Shown piece by piece: positions 10,196-22,500 of a stretch of 64,000 nt of DNA. The stretch is from Magnetococcales bacterium (lineage in GTDB: Bacteria > Pseudomonadota > Magnetococcia > Magnetococcales > JADGCL01): positions 6,314 to 70,313 of the forward strand of contig JADGCL010000004.1 in the NCBI GenBank assembly GCA_015229005.1. The letters run 5' to 3'. The notes under the pieces were generated by a model, which saw nothing but the letters and a program-made list of their open reading frames with translations, made no database searches and had not been told where the DNA came from. The position numbers were made by a program, and so were the translations under genes. Numbering within the stretch: the first letter of the stretch is position 1; every line of letters starts with the position of its first letter.

Positions 10196-10705
10196 TCAGC
10201 GGCGCTCCACCCAGTTCTTGTGCAATCGAATCAATACCCTGACCAGCAGCGGCGAGATCAGCATCGTCGCCAACGGCCCTCCTGCCAACCGGATTCCCGG
10301 CCAGTGCCAGCCCTGGAGGAGGAGCATCAGAAACCACTTGCCTCCCTCCTCCACGAGAGCCAAAAACAACAGGATCAGGGGGAGGACATTGAAATCGGCG
10401 GCTCGGAGCCGGTTACCCTGGTGACCGACAAGGAGGATCATGAGCGACTTGGTCAGGGCGTTCAATCCCCAGGGAAGGCCGCTGACGATGTCGAGGGCCA
10501 GACCCGAGGCGAAGGCCAACATGACCCCACACAGATCGGGACGGAAGAGGCGCCAGTAGAACAGGACAATCAGCACCAGATCGGGGCGAAACACCGACCA
10601 TCCGACCGAGGGCAGGGCCAGACTTTGGATCACCAGGACCAGGAAGACCGAGGCTGCTGGCAGCCAGGGAACGATCAGGGACAGCACAACCGCCAAACCC
10701 GACAT
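10196..10705 (-). CDS. mreD: rod shape-determining protein MreD
   Basis: 169-aa hydrophobic protein immediately after mreC and abutting the mrdA start (stop at 10196, mrdA start at 10194). Confidence 0.85.
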   Translation of the reverse strand: MSGLAVVLSLIVPWLPAASVFLVLVIQSLALPSVGWSVFRPDLVLIVLFYWRLFRPDLCGVMLAFASGLALDIVSGLPWGLNALTKSLMILLVGHQGNRLRAADFNVLPLILLFLALVEEGGKWFLMLLLQGWHWPGIRLAGGPLATMLISPLLVRVLIRLHKNWVERR

Positions 10706-10846
10706 CTCTCCCCCACAGGTCCTTGTAAACGGAATTGCGTGGACAGGGAAGTTCTCCGGCGGGTCATGCCCATCTCCTCCCGGGGGTTTGCCGGCCTGTC
10801 GATAGACGGGCGGAGCCTTCCAAGGGCGGACTCTTTCGGTGGCCTG

Positions 10847-11758
10847 CTATGGCGGCGCTGCTCCGGTATTCTTCACCGGAGCCGTCTGGCTTTTTCCCGC
10901 CTCCAACTCCAGCAGGGAGTCCCGGAGCGGGACCTCGTCCACCGGCAACAGCAGGCTGACCTCCTCGAGCCGGTGAAAATCCACCCGCGACCGGACCAGA
11001 ATTTCTCCCGAAACGGAGTCATCCATGGGGACCGGCATAGCCACCTTGCCGACGACCAGTCCCTTGGGGAAAATGCCCCCGATGCCGGAGGTGACGACCT
11101 GATCGCCGTCGACGATGTCATCTCCTTTGGCGATGAAGGCAAGTTTCAGGAGATCGTTATTGGTTCCCATCGCCACCGCCCGGACTCCGGAGCGCTCGAT
11201 CAGGACGGGTACCCGGGAGTTCAGATCTTGGAGGGAGAGGACGAGGCAAGCCCCTTGCCCTACCCGTACCACTCTCCCGACCAAGCCGTTTGGCACTATC
11301 ACCGGGGAATCCATCAGGACGCCGTGACGACGGCCCGAGGAGAGCAGATAGGAACGCGAAAAGGCCGACGAGGAATCTCCCACGACCCGTGCCACCAGGG
11401 CATGATACCGGGGGTCCGGGGCCATGGCGAGCAACTCTCGCAAACGCCGGTTTTCCTGAAGCAGGCCGCCGTTCTGGAGTTCCGCTGTTCGCGCTCTTTC
11501 CAGTTCTGCCCGCAGTACGCGGTTTTCCTCGTCCAGATGGGAGAGTTCCTGGAACCGGGCGACGGCCCCACGCCAGGCCACTACCGGGGATTGCAGCAGA
11601 TTCTGAAGGGATCCTACCAGATCCAGGAGTCCTCCCTCGAGGCCGCTGCCGGGGGCCCCGCCGCGAGAGGCGAACAGCAAGAGAACCGCTGCCGAGAGGA
11701 AGAATGCGGCTGTCAGCCGATGGAAGTTCTGCCTGATGAGGGAGACCAGGGTGAGCAT
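10847..11758 (-). CDS. mreC: rod shape-determining protein MreC
   Basis: Start moved to the ATG at 11758 (MLTLVSLIRQNFHRLTAAFFLSAAVLLLF). Coiled-coil followed by the beta-rich MreC core (VVTSGIGGIFPKGLVVGKV). Confidence 0.9.
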   Translation of the reverse strand: MLTLVSLIRQNFHRLTAAFFLSAAVLLLFASRGGAPGSGLEGGLLDLVGSLQNLLQSPVVAWRGAVARFQELSHLDEENRVLRAELERARTAELQNGGLLQENRRLRELLAMAPDPRYHALVARVVGDSSSAFSRSYLLSSGRRHGVLMDSPVIVPNGLVGRVVRVGQGACLVLSLQDLNSRVPVLIERSGVRAVAMGTNNDLLKLAFIAKGDDIVDGDQVVTSGIGGIFPKGLVVGKVAMPVPMDDSVSGEILVRSRVDFHRLEEVSLLLPVDEVPLRDSLLELEAGKSQTAPVKNTGAAPP

Positions 11759-11922
11759 GAAAGGGCTTCTCCAGGCCCGACCGAGTGGGCTTCCGGGTAA
11801 TGGGAACCCGGGACGGAAGGATGAGCCTCCAAATCGGCAGATACCATACTCCCTCGGCGGCCACTTTGGCAAAACCCGTCGTGCCGGGGAGGGGAGGGAT
11901 CGACCGGTGAGTCAGGGCCTGG

Positions 11923-13230
<1,308 letters not shown>

Positions 13231-13486
13231 TTGCCACGGGATCGCCCGGAAATGCCAACGGAGCCCCCTGGGATCGCCAACGGCAGGCCGCCCGGAACCA
13301 TCCTGGAACTGGCGGAAAAGGCCAATGTCGTCGACCCTCCGGCTGCATTCCGCAAGCTGGGAAGCAGGTGAGGCTATCATGACGGGTTCGTGACGGCAAG
13401 GAGACCGAAAACGGCCTTGCGCCGGTTGGGAAAAGCGGTACCATTCTCGGGTCGCTTGCGAAGTTTTTCCGTGGGAGGTTGCGTCC

Positions 13487-16400
13487 ATGAGTCGCCGTTT
13501 CACCAGGAAGGATATCATCGATGCCAAGGCACTCGACGCCGAGATCGCGGGAATAGACGGGGCCTTGGGCGGCTCCTTTTTCAGCGGTGACAAGCGGGCG
13601 AAACTTCTGGAACTCTTCCGCCGCAGTCTTGCCGAGGGGCGCAATGAGCTTCACCGGAGTCACCTCCAGGGGGCGCCGGGGCGTTTTATCGTCCTTGGCC
13701 ATACGCACCTGATGGACACACTGCTGCAGAAGCTGCATTCGGTGGTTCTTGCCGATCAGCCCGGGGTCAAGGGCAAATGGTTCTGGCTGCGTCGAGCCAA
13801 GCGGGAGTTCAGTCTGGTTGCGACCGGAGGGTATGGACGCCGGGAGTTGGCTCCCTACTCGGACATCGACCTGCTGTTCCTCATGCCGGAAGGCAAGGGC
13901 GCCCATTTGGCCGAATCGGTCGAGAAAATGCTCTATTTTCTCTGGGACTTGGGGATCGACCTGGGACATGCGGTCCGCCGCATTCCGGAGTGCGTGGAGC
14001 AGGCGAAGAAGGAGTTGGAGGTCCGGACCTCTCTTCTGGAGTCCCGCTTTCTCGCCGGCGACGAGGCCCTTTTCGAGAGCTATCACGCTACCCTGACCGA
14101 GAAGGTTCTCGACAAGGACCCGGAGGGGTTCCAGCGGGGAAAACTCGTCGAACAGAGCAAGCGCCATGAGCGTTTCGGCAATTCACTTTTCTATCTGGAG
14201 CCCAACATCAAGGAGAATCCCGGGGGGTTGCGGGATATCCAGACCTTCTTTTGGATCTCCAAGTACCGCTACCGGGTCTCCCGTCCCAAGGAATTGATCG
14301 CGAACGGTTTTCTCAGTGAGCAGGAGTATCGGGTCTTCTCCCGCTCCCACGCTTTTCTTCTGCGGGTGCGCAACGCCCTCCACTATCGTGCCGGGCGCCG
14401 GGACGATCGCCTGACCTTCCACCACCAGTTGGAGATTGCCCAAGAGTTCGGTTATCGGGATCGCCCCGGATTCCGGGGGGTGGAGCAGTTCATGCGCCGT
14501 TACTACCAGGTGGTCCGCCTGGTCGGCAATCTCTCCTGGATCTTCCTGGAAAAGTACAAGGAGGAACACCGACGCTCCGATCTGGGGGTGACCCCCCTGG
14601 AGGGCCCCTTCATTCTGGAGGCCGACAAGGTCGCGGTCAGCCATTCCAAGGTATTTTCCGAAGATCCCAACAATCTGATGCGCCTCTTCGAGGTCGCGCA
14701 GCGCTACGTTCGCTCGATCCACCCCGAGACCCTGCGCCTGGCGGCCAGGGACGTCGGTCTGATCGACCGTCGCTTCCGGGAGAGCCCGGAGACTTCTGCC
14801 CTTTTTTTGAAGATGCTCAACGGCAAGCAGGCGGTGGCCTGGGTACTCCGACGCATGAACAGCATCGGCATGCTGGGGCGTTATCTCCCCGAGTTTGGTC
14901 GGGTGATTGGTCAGACCCAGCACGACCTCTTCCATGTCTATACGGTCGACGAACACACGATTCTCGCGGTCGAGGCCTTGCGAAACCTCAAGGCGGGCAA
15001 GCTCCAAAAGGAGTTGCCGCTGCCGACCAAGCTCATGCGCCAGGTCCAGAATCCGGTCCTTCTCTATCTGGGGGTACTCTGCCACGACATTGCCAAGGGC
15101 CAGGGGGGTGACCATCAGATCAAGGGGGCGGCCCAGACCAGAACCATCTGCCATCGGCTCTCCTTGAGCGATCAGGATACCGACATGGTCACTTGGCTGG
15201 TAGGCAATCATCTTCTGTTTTCGCGGACTGCCTTTCACCGGGACATCAACGACCCGGGGACCATTGTCCAGTTTGCCCGCAAGGTGGGGCAGGCACAACG
15301 GCTCGATCTCCTGTTATTGCTGACTATTGCCGATATCCAAGCCGTCGGTCCGGGGATCTGGACCCCTTGGAAGGCGACCCTCCTTTTGCGGCTGCACAGC
15401 CTTGCCTTGGAGACTCTGACACGGGGGCTCTTTACCTATCGAGAGTTGAAACAGCGAGCCCTGGGGATCAAACGGGCGGTGCTGAAGCTCCTGGGGCCGG
15501 AGGGAAAAACGGAGATGGCCGAGAATCATCTGGCCCGTTTCCCTGTGACCTACTTCACCAGCCACGATCCGCAGACCCTGGCCAGCCATTACCGGGCGTT
15601 GGCGCCGTTGATGGATCACCCCCTGGCCGTGGTATTCCAGACGCGCCCCGACTGGGAGACGACGGAAATGCTGATCCACACCCAGGATCACCCGGGGCTG
15701 ATGGCCAAGATCTCCGGGGCGTTGGCTGTCGAAAACGTCAATATTTTGAATGCCAGTATCAACACCGCCCAGGACGGTATGGTCCTGGACGTTTTCATTC
15801 TCCAGGAGATGGCGGGGGGGCCGATCGTCAGTACCCGCAAACTTGACCAGATCGAGAAGACCTTGCGCCGGATCCTGACGGGCCAGGCGCGCCCGGAGGA
15901 TCTGATTGCCCATTATCGCCCGCCCAAGGTCAAGGGGAACACCTTCCAGATTCCGACCTCCGTCGTCGCCGACAACAGCTTTCACGCCCACACGGTTTTG
16001 GAGATTACCGCCCTGGACAGGGTCGGCCTCCTCTTTACCATGACCCGGGTCCTGGAGAGCCATGGCATTCAGATCAGCACCGCCAAGATTGCCACTTACG
16101 GCGAGAGGGCGGTCGATGTGTTCTATGTCCGGGATCTCTTTGGTCTCAAACTGGAGCCGCGCCGACTCGATCCCCTGATCCAGGGGTTGAGGGATGCTGT
16201 GGATGGTCTTGCGGACGGACTGGGTCCCAAGAGCCGGGGTCCCGCCTTTCGGACCTCGGCAGCCGCCTATCGGAAATTGCCCGCCTCGGCTGCGGAGCCT
16301 CCCGGGGCGGCGGGGTCTCCGGAAACCGAGACCTGGAAGGCCACGGTTCCGGAGAGTGGGGCTGCAGATGCTTCGAGTCCAAAGAGCGTGGCTCCGGATG

Positions 16401-16621
16401 CCGCAGGTCCGGAGGGTGTGCCTCCGGGCGCTTCGAGTCCAGAGGCCGTGACTGCGGTGGGCGCAGCTCCTGAGAGCGTGGCTGAGGGGGGCGCTGCTCC
16501 GGAGAGTGTGACTTCGGATGGTCGCGAATCCGACAGCGGGTCAGGTGGTGACCGTGTCGCCGAGGATCCCGACTTCGACGATGCCGAAAGCAGCCGTGGC
16601 CGCGGTTGGGGATGGTCTTGA
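13487..16621 (+). CDS. glnD: bifunctional [protein-PII] uridylyltransferase/uridylyl-removing enzyme GlnD with a C-terminal tail of about 135 aa
   Basis: Nucleotidyltransferase motif GGYGRRELAPYSDIDLLFL, HD domain (LLCHDIAKG), two ACT domains. Residues from about 910 to 1044 form an extra Pro/Ala/Ser/Glu-rich tail. Confidence 0.93.
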   Translation: MSRRFTRKDIIDAKALDAEIAGIDGALGGSFFSGDKRAKLLELFRRSLAEGRNELHRSHLQGAPGRFIVLGHTHLMDTLLQKLHSVVLADQPGVKGKWFWLRRAKREFSLVATGGYGRRELAPYSDIDLLFLMPEGKGAHLAESVEKMLYFLWDLGIDLGHAVRRIPECVEQAKKELEVRTSLLESRFLAGDEALFESYHATLTEKVLDKDPEGFQRGKLVEQSKRHERFGNSLFYLEPNIKENPGGLRDIQTFFWISKYRYRVSRPKELIANGFLSEQEYRVFSRSHAFLLRVRNALHYRAGRRDDRLTFHHQLEIAQEFGYRDRPGFRGVEQFMRRYYQVVRLVGNLSWIFLEKYKEEHRRSDLGVTPLEGPFILEADKVAVSHSKVFSEDPNNLMRLFEVAQRYVRSIHPETLRLAARDVGLIDRRFRESPETSALFLKMLNGKQAVAWVLRRMNSIGMLGRYLPEFGRVIGQTQHDLFHVYTVDEHTILAVEALRNLKAGKLQKELPLPTKLMRQVQNPVLLYLGVLCHDIAKGQGGDHQIKGAAQTRTICHRLSLSDQDTDMVTWLVGNHLLFSRTAFHRDINDPGTIVQFARKVGQAQRLDLLLLLTIADIQAVGPGIWTPWKATLLLRLHSLALETLTRGLFTYRELKQRALGIKRAVLKLLGPEGKTEMAENHLARFPVTYFTSHDPQTLASHYRALAPLMDHPLAVVFQTRPDWETTEMLIHTQDHPGLMAKISGALAVENVNILNASINTAQDGMVLDVFILQEMAGGPIVSTRKLDQIEKTLRRILTGQARPEDLIAHYRPPKVKGNTFQIPTSVVADNSFHAHTVLEITALDRVGLLFTMTRVLESHGIQISTAKIATYGERAVDVFYVRDLFGLKLEPRRLDPLIQGLRDAVDGLADGLGPKSRGPAFRTSAAAYRKLPASAAEPPGAAGSPETETWKATVPESGAADASSPKSVAPDAAGPEGVPPGASSPEAVTAVGAAPESVAEGGAAPESVTSDGRESDSGSGGDRVAEDPDFDDAESSRGRGWGWS

Positions 16622-16736
16622 GCCAAGATGATTTTCCGCCAGCACGATGTTATGTTGGATGGGTTGCGGAGGGGATGGCGGAGCTGGTCGTTGTGGTGGC
16701 TTCCGGGGAGTTCCTTGGGGACGGGGAGGGTGGAGA

Positions 16737-17684
16737 ATGAAACTTGCGGAACTCTCTGATCGGCTGGGGCTTCGGCACCGAGGTGGCAATCCCGAGATTC
16801 TCGGTGTGGCGCCGCTTGCGGAGGCGGGGCCGGATGATCTGACCTTCGTGACCGAAAAAGGGTGGTTGAGCGGTTGGCGCCAGCAGGCGGGGGCGGTGGT
16901 GATCCCGGAGTCGCTGGCCGGGGCCTTGCCGGAATCGACCCCGATGCTGATCAGCCGGTCCCCGGCCGTCGATATCGGGCGGGCGGCCTGCCTGTTGGGG
17001 GGGAAAACCCTGGGGGTCCTGGGAGTTCATCCCCGGGCCATTGTCGACCCGACCGCCCGTCTCGGCGAAGGGGTGGGGATCGGCCCGGGGGCGGTCATCG
17101 GCGCCGAGGTGACGATCGGCGACGAGAGCGTCGTCCACGCCGGGGCGGTGATCCTGGATCGTTGCGTGATCGGGAGGCGCTGTATCATCCATGCCAACGC
17201 GGTGGTAGGAGCGGACGGCTTTGGCTACGAGGTCGTCGACGGTCGGCTGGTCCGGATTCCGCATCTCGGTATCGTCCGTATCGAGGATGATGTCGAGGTG
17301 GGGGCCTGTACGACCATCGACCGGGCCCGGTTCGGGGAGACCCTGATCGGCAACGGCACCAAGATCGACAATCTGGTCCAGATTGCCCACAACTGTCGCA
17401 TCGGCAGACAGGTGACCATCGTCTCCCAGGTGGGGATTTCGGGTTCCTGCGTCATCGAGGAGGGGGCGGTCCTTGCCGGTCAGGCAGGCGTGGTGCCGCA
17501 TGTCACCATCGGTCGGGGGGCCCGGATCGGGGCCTCGACGGGGGTGACCGGCGATGTCGCCGCCGGGGAGACGCTCTCGGGCTGGTGGGGGAGATCGCAC
17601 CGGCGCAACATGACGGAGCTGGCGGCGCTGCGCAAACTGCCGGAGTTCATGAAGTCCATGCGCGAACTCCTGTCGGGGAAGTGA
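16737..17684 (+). CDS. lpxD: UDP-3-O-acylglucosamine N-acyltransferase
   Basis: Start at the ATG at 16737 after GGAGGGTGGAGA. LpxD N-terminal domain ([29 protein letters not shown]), then hexapeptide-repeat left-handed beta-helix. Confidence 0.9.
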   Translation: MKLAELSDRLGLRHRGGNPEILGVAPLAEAGPDDLTFVTEKGWLSGWRQQAGAVVIPESLAGALPESTPMLISRSPAVDIGRAACLLGGKTLGVLGVHPRAIVDPTARLGEGVGIGPGAVIGAEVTIGDESVVHAGAVILDRCVIGRRCIIHANAVVGADGFGYEVVDGRLVRIPHLGIVRIEDDVEVGACTTIDRARFGETLIGNGTKIDNLVQIAHNCRIGRQVTIVSQVGISGSCVIEEGAVLAGQAGVVPHVTIGRGARIGASTGVTGDVAAGETLSGWWGRSHRRNMTELAALRKLPEFMKSMRELLSGK

Positions 17685-17730
17685 TCGGGCGGGGCGAGTC
17701 CCGCCGTGGTTCTTCGGGAGGAGAGGGAAG

Positions 17731-18384
17731 ATGAACGAGTTGGATCGGCTCTACGCCCGGTCGGTTGATGTCGCCGCCTTCGGTCGGGGCTATCTCGACT
17801 ACCTGGCGCGTCTTCTGGGGAGGATCGAGATCGCGGAGATCGTGACCTTCGTCGAGGTGCTTCTCGGGGCCAGGGAGGGAGGCCGGCAGCTCTTCTTCCT
17901 GGGCAATGGTGGCAGTGCTGCGACCGCGAGCCATTTCGCCAACGACTTGGCCATGGGACCGGGGAGGCAGGCGCGGCCCTTCCGGGCGGTGAGCCTGGTC
18001 GACAATATTCCCATCCTGACGGCAGTGGCCAACGACGATCACTACGACCAGATCTTTGTCCGGCAACTGGAGATCTTGATGGTTCCGGGAGATGTGGTCG
18101 TCGCCATTTCCGCCTCGGGCAACTCTCCCAATGTTGTGAAGGCCGTCACCTGGGCCAATGACCATGGGGGGATCACGGTAGGGTTGACCGGTTTCGACGG
18201 CGGTCAGTTGCGCCGGATCGCCCGATATGGGGTGCATGTTCCCACCGCTCTGGGGGAGTACGGTCCCGTCGAAGATGGTCATATGGTCCTGGATCACCTG
18301 GTCTCTTCCTATCTGATTCGGCTCTGTCGGGCCGAGGCGGGGCTCTCGACCGTTGGCTTGGGGGCTGGGGGGAAAGAAAAGTAA
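17731..18384 (+). CDS. SIS-domain protein, GmhA/DiaA-like (probable sedoheptulose-7-phosphate isomerase)
   Basis: LGNGGSAATASHFANDL and ISASGNSPNV motifs, typical of phosphoheptose isomerase. Next to lpxD. Confidence 0.8.
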   Translation: MNELDRLYARSVDVAAFGRGYLDYLARLLGRIEIAEIVTFVEVLLGAREGGRQLFFLGNGGSAATASHFANDLAMGPGRQARPFRAVSLVDNIPILTAVANDDHYDQIFVRQLEILMVPGDVVVAISASGNSPNVVKAVTWANDHGGITVGLTGFDGGQLRRIARYGVHVPTALGEYGPVEDGHMVLDHLVSSYLIRLCRAEAGLSTVGLGAGGKEK

Positions 18385-18429
18385 TATCAGAAGTGGTTGC
18401 GACTTTTTCCAATAGGCTGGTAAGACCGA

Positions 18430-19539
18430 TCAGGCGTGGCAGGAAAGGGCCAGTTCCGTCGGATCGGGTTCGAGATACCAGGACCCCGTCAGCGAGGGGT
18501 GTTGGATCCGACGTTGAACGTGGTTGATCAGGGTGATGGGGACGATTCGGGGAAGATCTCCCCGGGTGAAGCCGCCGATCGCCGCCTCGATGGCCTGCTG
18601 GTCGTCGGCGGCGATTCTTTTTTTCAGGGTTCGGAGGATGGCCCCCAGAAGTCTCTCGTGATGGTGTCGTGTCGCCGGGTGCGCCACTGCGCGCATCAGC
18701 AGTTCGCCGTACTCTCCCCACGTCTGGTCCCGGACCTGCTCCCGGGGCCGGGGGTCGGGATCCGTGATGGAGGCCAGGAGGTGTTCCATGGGTCGCAGGA
18801 GGCCCGGTCGGTGGAGTCTCACGAGGAGCCTGTGGCGATGGTGAAAGTGGCTGAGTTCGGTCGGGGAGCGGGCCTGTCGCGACGCCGCCGACCAGCGCCC
18901 ATAGACGAAGAGGCGTTCGATGAACCCGGCCCGGGCCGTTTCGTCCCGAAGGGCCTCGATATCGGCGATCGGGAGCAGCGGCAGGCGTTTTTTCAGTGCC
19001 CGGGCGAAGAGTCCCATCCCGGGTTGTGACCGAAGGGGGGTGGCTCTGTCGCCGGGGACGGGGAGGAAAGCTCTCGGGTGCAGACCCGGGGCGGCCCCCG
19101 CTGGTATCGGTCGATGCGTGTTTTCTTCCTGGGCTTCGGCGTGAACCGGGACGCCGACGGAGCCGCAGGAGGGGGAGCCGCCCTTGAAGAGGAAGCCCGA
19201 CAGGGGGATCCCGGCCAGGGCGTCCAGGGTCTCTTCGATCTGCCCGGAGAGGTGATCGGTGAGATCCCGGCGGGTATTGACCGAAACCACCCGGGGGGAG
19301 CCGGGGTTGCCTTCCAGGCGTATCGGTTCCCTGGGAAGGCCCAGACCGGCCTGGAGTTCCGGGCAAATCGGCAACAGTCGACAATGGCGGGCCAGGGTGT
19401 CGGCCACGAAACTCTCGCGACGGTCGGTGCCGTCGTAGCGGACCCGGTGGCCGCAGAGACAGGCGCTGACCCCGATGATCGGCGGCGGGTTCCCTCTGGA
19501 GGAGGGATGGGTGTCGGGTCTGCCGGGGGTTGTTTTCAA
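18430..19539 (-). CDS. DUF523 (TudS-like) / DUF1722 (YbgA-like) fusion protein
   Basis: Only the last 369 codons of the 885-aa ORF look real: IIGVSACLCGHRVRYDG and GGSPSCG (DUF523), then a YbgA-like helical C-terminus. Proposed TTG start at 19539 overlaps the mscK-like stop (TTGA) and follows GGAAAGGGGG. Confidence 0.7.
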   Translation of the reverse strand: MKTTPGRPDTHPSSRGNPPPIIGVSACLCGHRVRYDGTDRRESFVADTLARHCRLLPICPELQAGLGLPREPIRLEGNPGSPRVVSVNTRRDLTDHLSGQIEETLDALAGIPLSGFLFKGGSPSCGSVGVPVHAEAQEENTHRPIPAGAAPGLHPRAFLPVPGDRATPLRSQPGMGLFARALKKRLPLLPIADIEALRDETARAGFIERLFVYGRWSAASRQARSPTELSHFHHRHRLLVRLHRPGLLRPMEHLLASITDPDPRPREQVRDQTWGEYGELLMRAVAHPATRHHHERLLGAILRTLKKRIAADDQQAIEAAIGGFTRGDLPRIVPITLINHVQRRIQHPSLTGSWYLEPDPTELALSCHA

Positions 19540-22500
19540 CGCGCCCCCTTTCCGGTATCGAGTTGGGGGATGCTCCCGCGCAGATGGATCTCTCTCTGGG
19601 GGAACGGCATCTCGATCCCCTCCTGCAGGAACCTTTTGTTGATCAGTTTGTTCATCCGGTCCTGGAGTTCGAGACGCATCTGGGTGTGCGGCAGGAAGAT
19701 CCGGAGTTCGAAATCGAGGGAACTCTCCCCGTGTTTCATGAAAAAGACCTGCGGGGGTGGGGTCTTGAGGACCTCCGGTTGTGCCCGGGCAAGTTCCAGC
19801 AGAACCTCCGAGACGTGATCGACATCGGTTCCGTAGGCGACGCCGACGGCGATGAGGAGCCGGGTCTGGTTGTTGCTCAGGGTCCAGTTGGTGACCTCCT
19901 TGGTGATGAGGTCGCGGTTGGGGATGAGGATCTCCTGGAGATCCCAGTTGACGACGGTGGTGGCGCGGATGTTCACCCGGGTCACCTCGCCGTTGATGCT
20001 GCCGACGGTGATGATGTCGCCCACCCGGATCGGGCGCTCCATAAGCAGGATGATGCCGCTGACGAAGTTGGCGACGATCTCCTGGAGTCCGAAGCCGAGA
20101 CCGACGCTGATGGCGGCGACGACCCAGCCGATCTTTCCCGGTTCGAGACGCATCCAGGAGGCGGCGACGAGGAGTCCGACGATGACGATGCCGTAGCGGC
20201 TGATGGTAATGAGGGCGTAGCGCACTCCGCGGTCGGGGTGCCACCAGGAGAAGAGGAGGAGCCCGAAGAGACTCGGCAGGAAGTGGACGAACCAGAAGGT
20301 GAAGAGGATGGTGATCGTTGTGTGACTGATGTGCGAGAGGGTCACGAACTCGATCTTGCCCTCCTCTCCGGGGACGCTGTAGAGGGTGACCTTGCCGAGG
20401 GCTTCGACGAGCTGTTCGTCGACGTTCCAGTAGGAGACCAGGAGCCAAAGCCCTGTGAGGGTGAGGACCAGTTTGAGCAATTTTCGGGTCTCGATCTCCA
20501 CTCGGGTGCGGTCGACCCGGGAGGAGTCGCCGGTTGAGGGGGTGATTTCCGGGCCGTGGAGTTGGATCCAGACGGCGGCGATCCTGGCCAGGATCCGATA
20601 GAGACCGACGAGGCCGAAGATGGTGGCGAGGGTCAGGAGGCCGTTTTCGGCCAAGTGGATGGCGCCGAAGCGATATCCCATGACATCCATGGCGATCACC
20701 ACCGCCATGAAGAGGAGGATGGCGCGATTGATCAGGGGCCAGTGACCGGCGAGGCGGTTGGGGGCCGGTTCTGCGACTGTGTGGGAGGAGAGCGAGGCGT
20801 GGGAGGGGCGAAAGGTGTGGGCGATGAGTGGGGAGGAGGGGCGGATGACACCGTAGATGGCCCAGCCGCAGGTGACCTCGAAGAGGATCGAGCCGATGCG
20901 CGGCAGGGCCTCGAACTCGAAGGCTGGGTCGTCGAAAATGGACCAGGGGAGGAGAAAGACGACGAAGGCGAAGAGGGCCGTGGAGATCCCGCGGCGGAGG
21001 GTTGCGGCGAGATCCCGGGGCATGGCGAAGAGGGTTTCGGCATGGCCTCCGGGCAGGAGGAGGATGCGGTTGAGTCGATAGAGCCACAGGAACAGGGCGA
21101 TGTGGAAGAGGGTCGGGAGGAGGATCCGGAGGAGTTCCTGGGGCGGGTCCAGGTAGAGGAGGGGGGGAATGGCGAGGAGGAGTCCGAGGGGGAGGAGGGA
21201 GATTGCGGTCGCCTCCAGGAGGAGGAGGCGGGTCTGTTCGAGGCCGGAGGTGCGTGCGCTTTCCCGGGGGGAGAGGTGTGTGGCGAGTTGATGCAGCCGC
21301 TGTCGGGTCCTGATGAGGAGGCCCAGGGCGGCCATGGCCCCGAATCCGAGGAGCGCTCGCGACCAGGGGTCCTCCAGGTTGGTGGTGAAGGGTTTCCAGG
21401 CTTCGGGTCGGAGGAGGTTTCTTACGGTATTCAGGAGGGATTTGGTTTTACCCTGGTCGAGGAGTTCCCCGCGGAGGGTGGCGAGGAGGTTGAGGCCGAA
21501 GGGTTCCGCGTCCTGGATCCAGAAGACCTTGGAGAGGACGAAGCGTTCGAGTTCGTCGAGGAGATTGCGCCGCTCCCTGGGGAGGAGGTCGAGTCGCTGG
21601 TATTCGACCATCAGGTCGAAGGCGAGGCGTTTTTCGTCGGTGAGGCGTTGGCGGCTGGTCTCGAGCTGTTTTTCCGCCCGGCGGAGAAAGGCGGGCTGTT
21701 CTTCCCGGGTGAGGGAGAGGGCCAGCCTGTCGAGTTGCTGCCGGTAGGTGGTGCGCAGGGCCGAGAGGATGAGATCGATCTCCACCCGCCTGGCCTGGAA
21801 GCGTTCGATCTCGTCCGGGATCGATTGGGGGATGGCGACTTCGAGGTCGAGGCGGCGTTTGCCGATGACCCGGAAGGTGGACTTCAGGAGTGCCACCGAG
21901 GGTCCCTGGATGCCGGTGGTGTTGACGAGTTCCTGGAGATTCTTGAGTTCGTCGCGTTCGATCTTGAGGCGACGTTCCTGTTCGCCGGCCTCGGCGGCGA
22001 TGTGGGTCTTGAGGCGGGTGAGCCGGGCGATGTTCCAATCGGCCCGGGCCTGTTCGGTTTCGAGACGGGCCTGGAAGCGATCTCTGGGGGAGAGGGCGGC
22101 GGCTTCGGCGGTCTCCTTGGCGGCGAGCTCGCGGGTTCGTTCGGCGATGACTGTTTCCAGGCTGCCGGCGAGGGCGAGGCGGTAGAGGCGGAAATTGGCT
22201 TCGAGCCAGTCGCGTCTCTCTGATTCGAGATCCAGGCGTCGGTCCCGGCGAGGTGCGAAGAGTTTTTCGTAATTCTGTTCGTCGGTCCAGAGGGCCACCT
22301 GTTCGTCGGTGACGCGGCGGAGGAGGTCGACGTTGGCGATGCGGGTGGCGGCGACTCTTTTGAGCGTGCCGGTGGCCGATGCCAGCAGTTTCTCGAGGCC
22401 GGGGAGTTCCTCCTCGGCAAGTTTCCGCTGTTCCTTGGTTTTGAGAATCCGGTCCGGGATCTGTTCGAGCAGTTGCCTCCGGGTTTTTCGTTCCGCGTCG

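Noticed and set aside
10220-11800. 526-aa plus-strand ORF across the mreD/mreC region
   Set aside because: It is antisense to genes with clear MreC/MreD similarity. The translation is Arg/Gly/Pro/Gln-rich with no recognisable motif, typical of a shadow ORF in high-GC DNA.
18430-21087. 885-aa minus-strand ORF taken at face value
   Set aside because: Only the last 369 codons resemble a real protein (DUF523/DUF1722). The upstream 516 codons are Pro/Arg-rich and overlap the mscK-like gene out of frame.
20556-22223. 555-aa plus-strand ORF, plus other long ORFs in alternative frames (for example 21448-22740 minus), inside the mscK-like gene
   Set aside because: The composition is extremely Glu/Gly/Arg-biased and has no motifs. 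The minus-strand frame 19536-23024 has a signal peptide, coiled-coil, TM helices and the MscS core.
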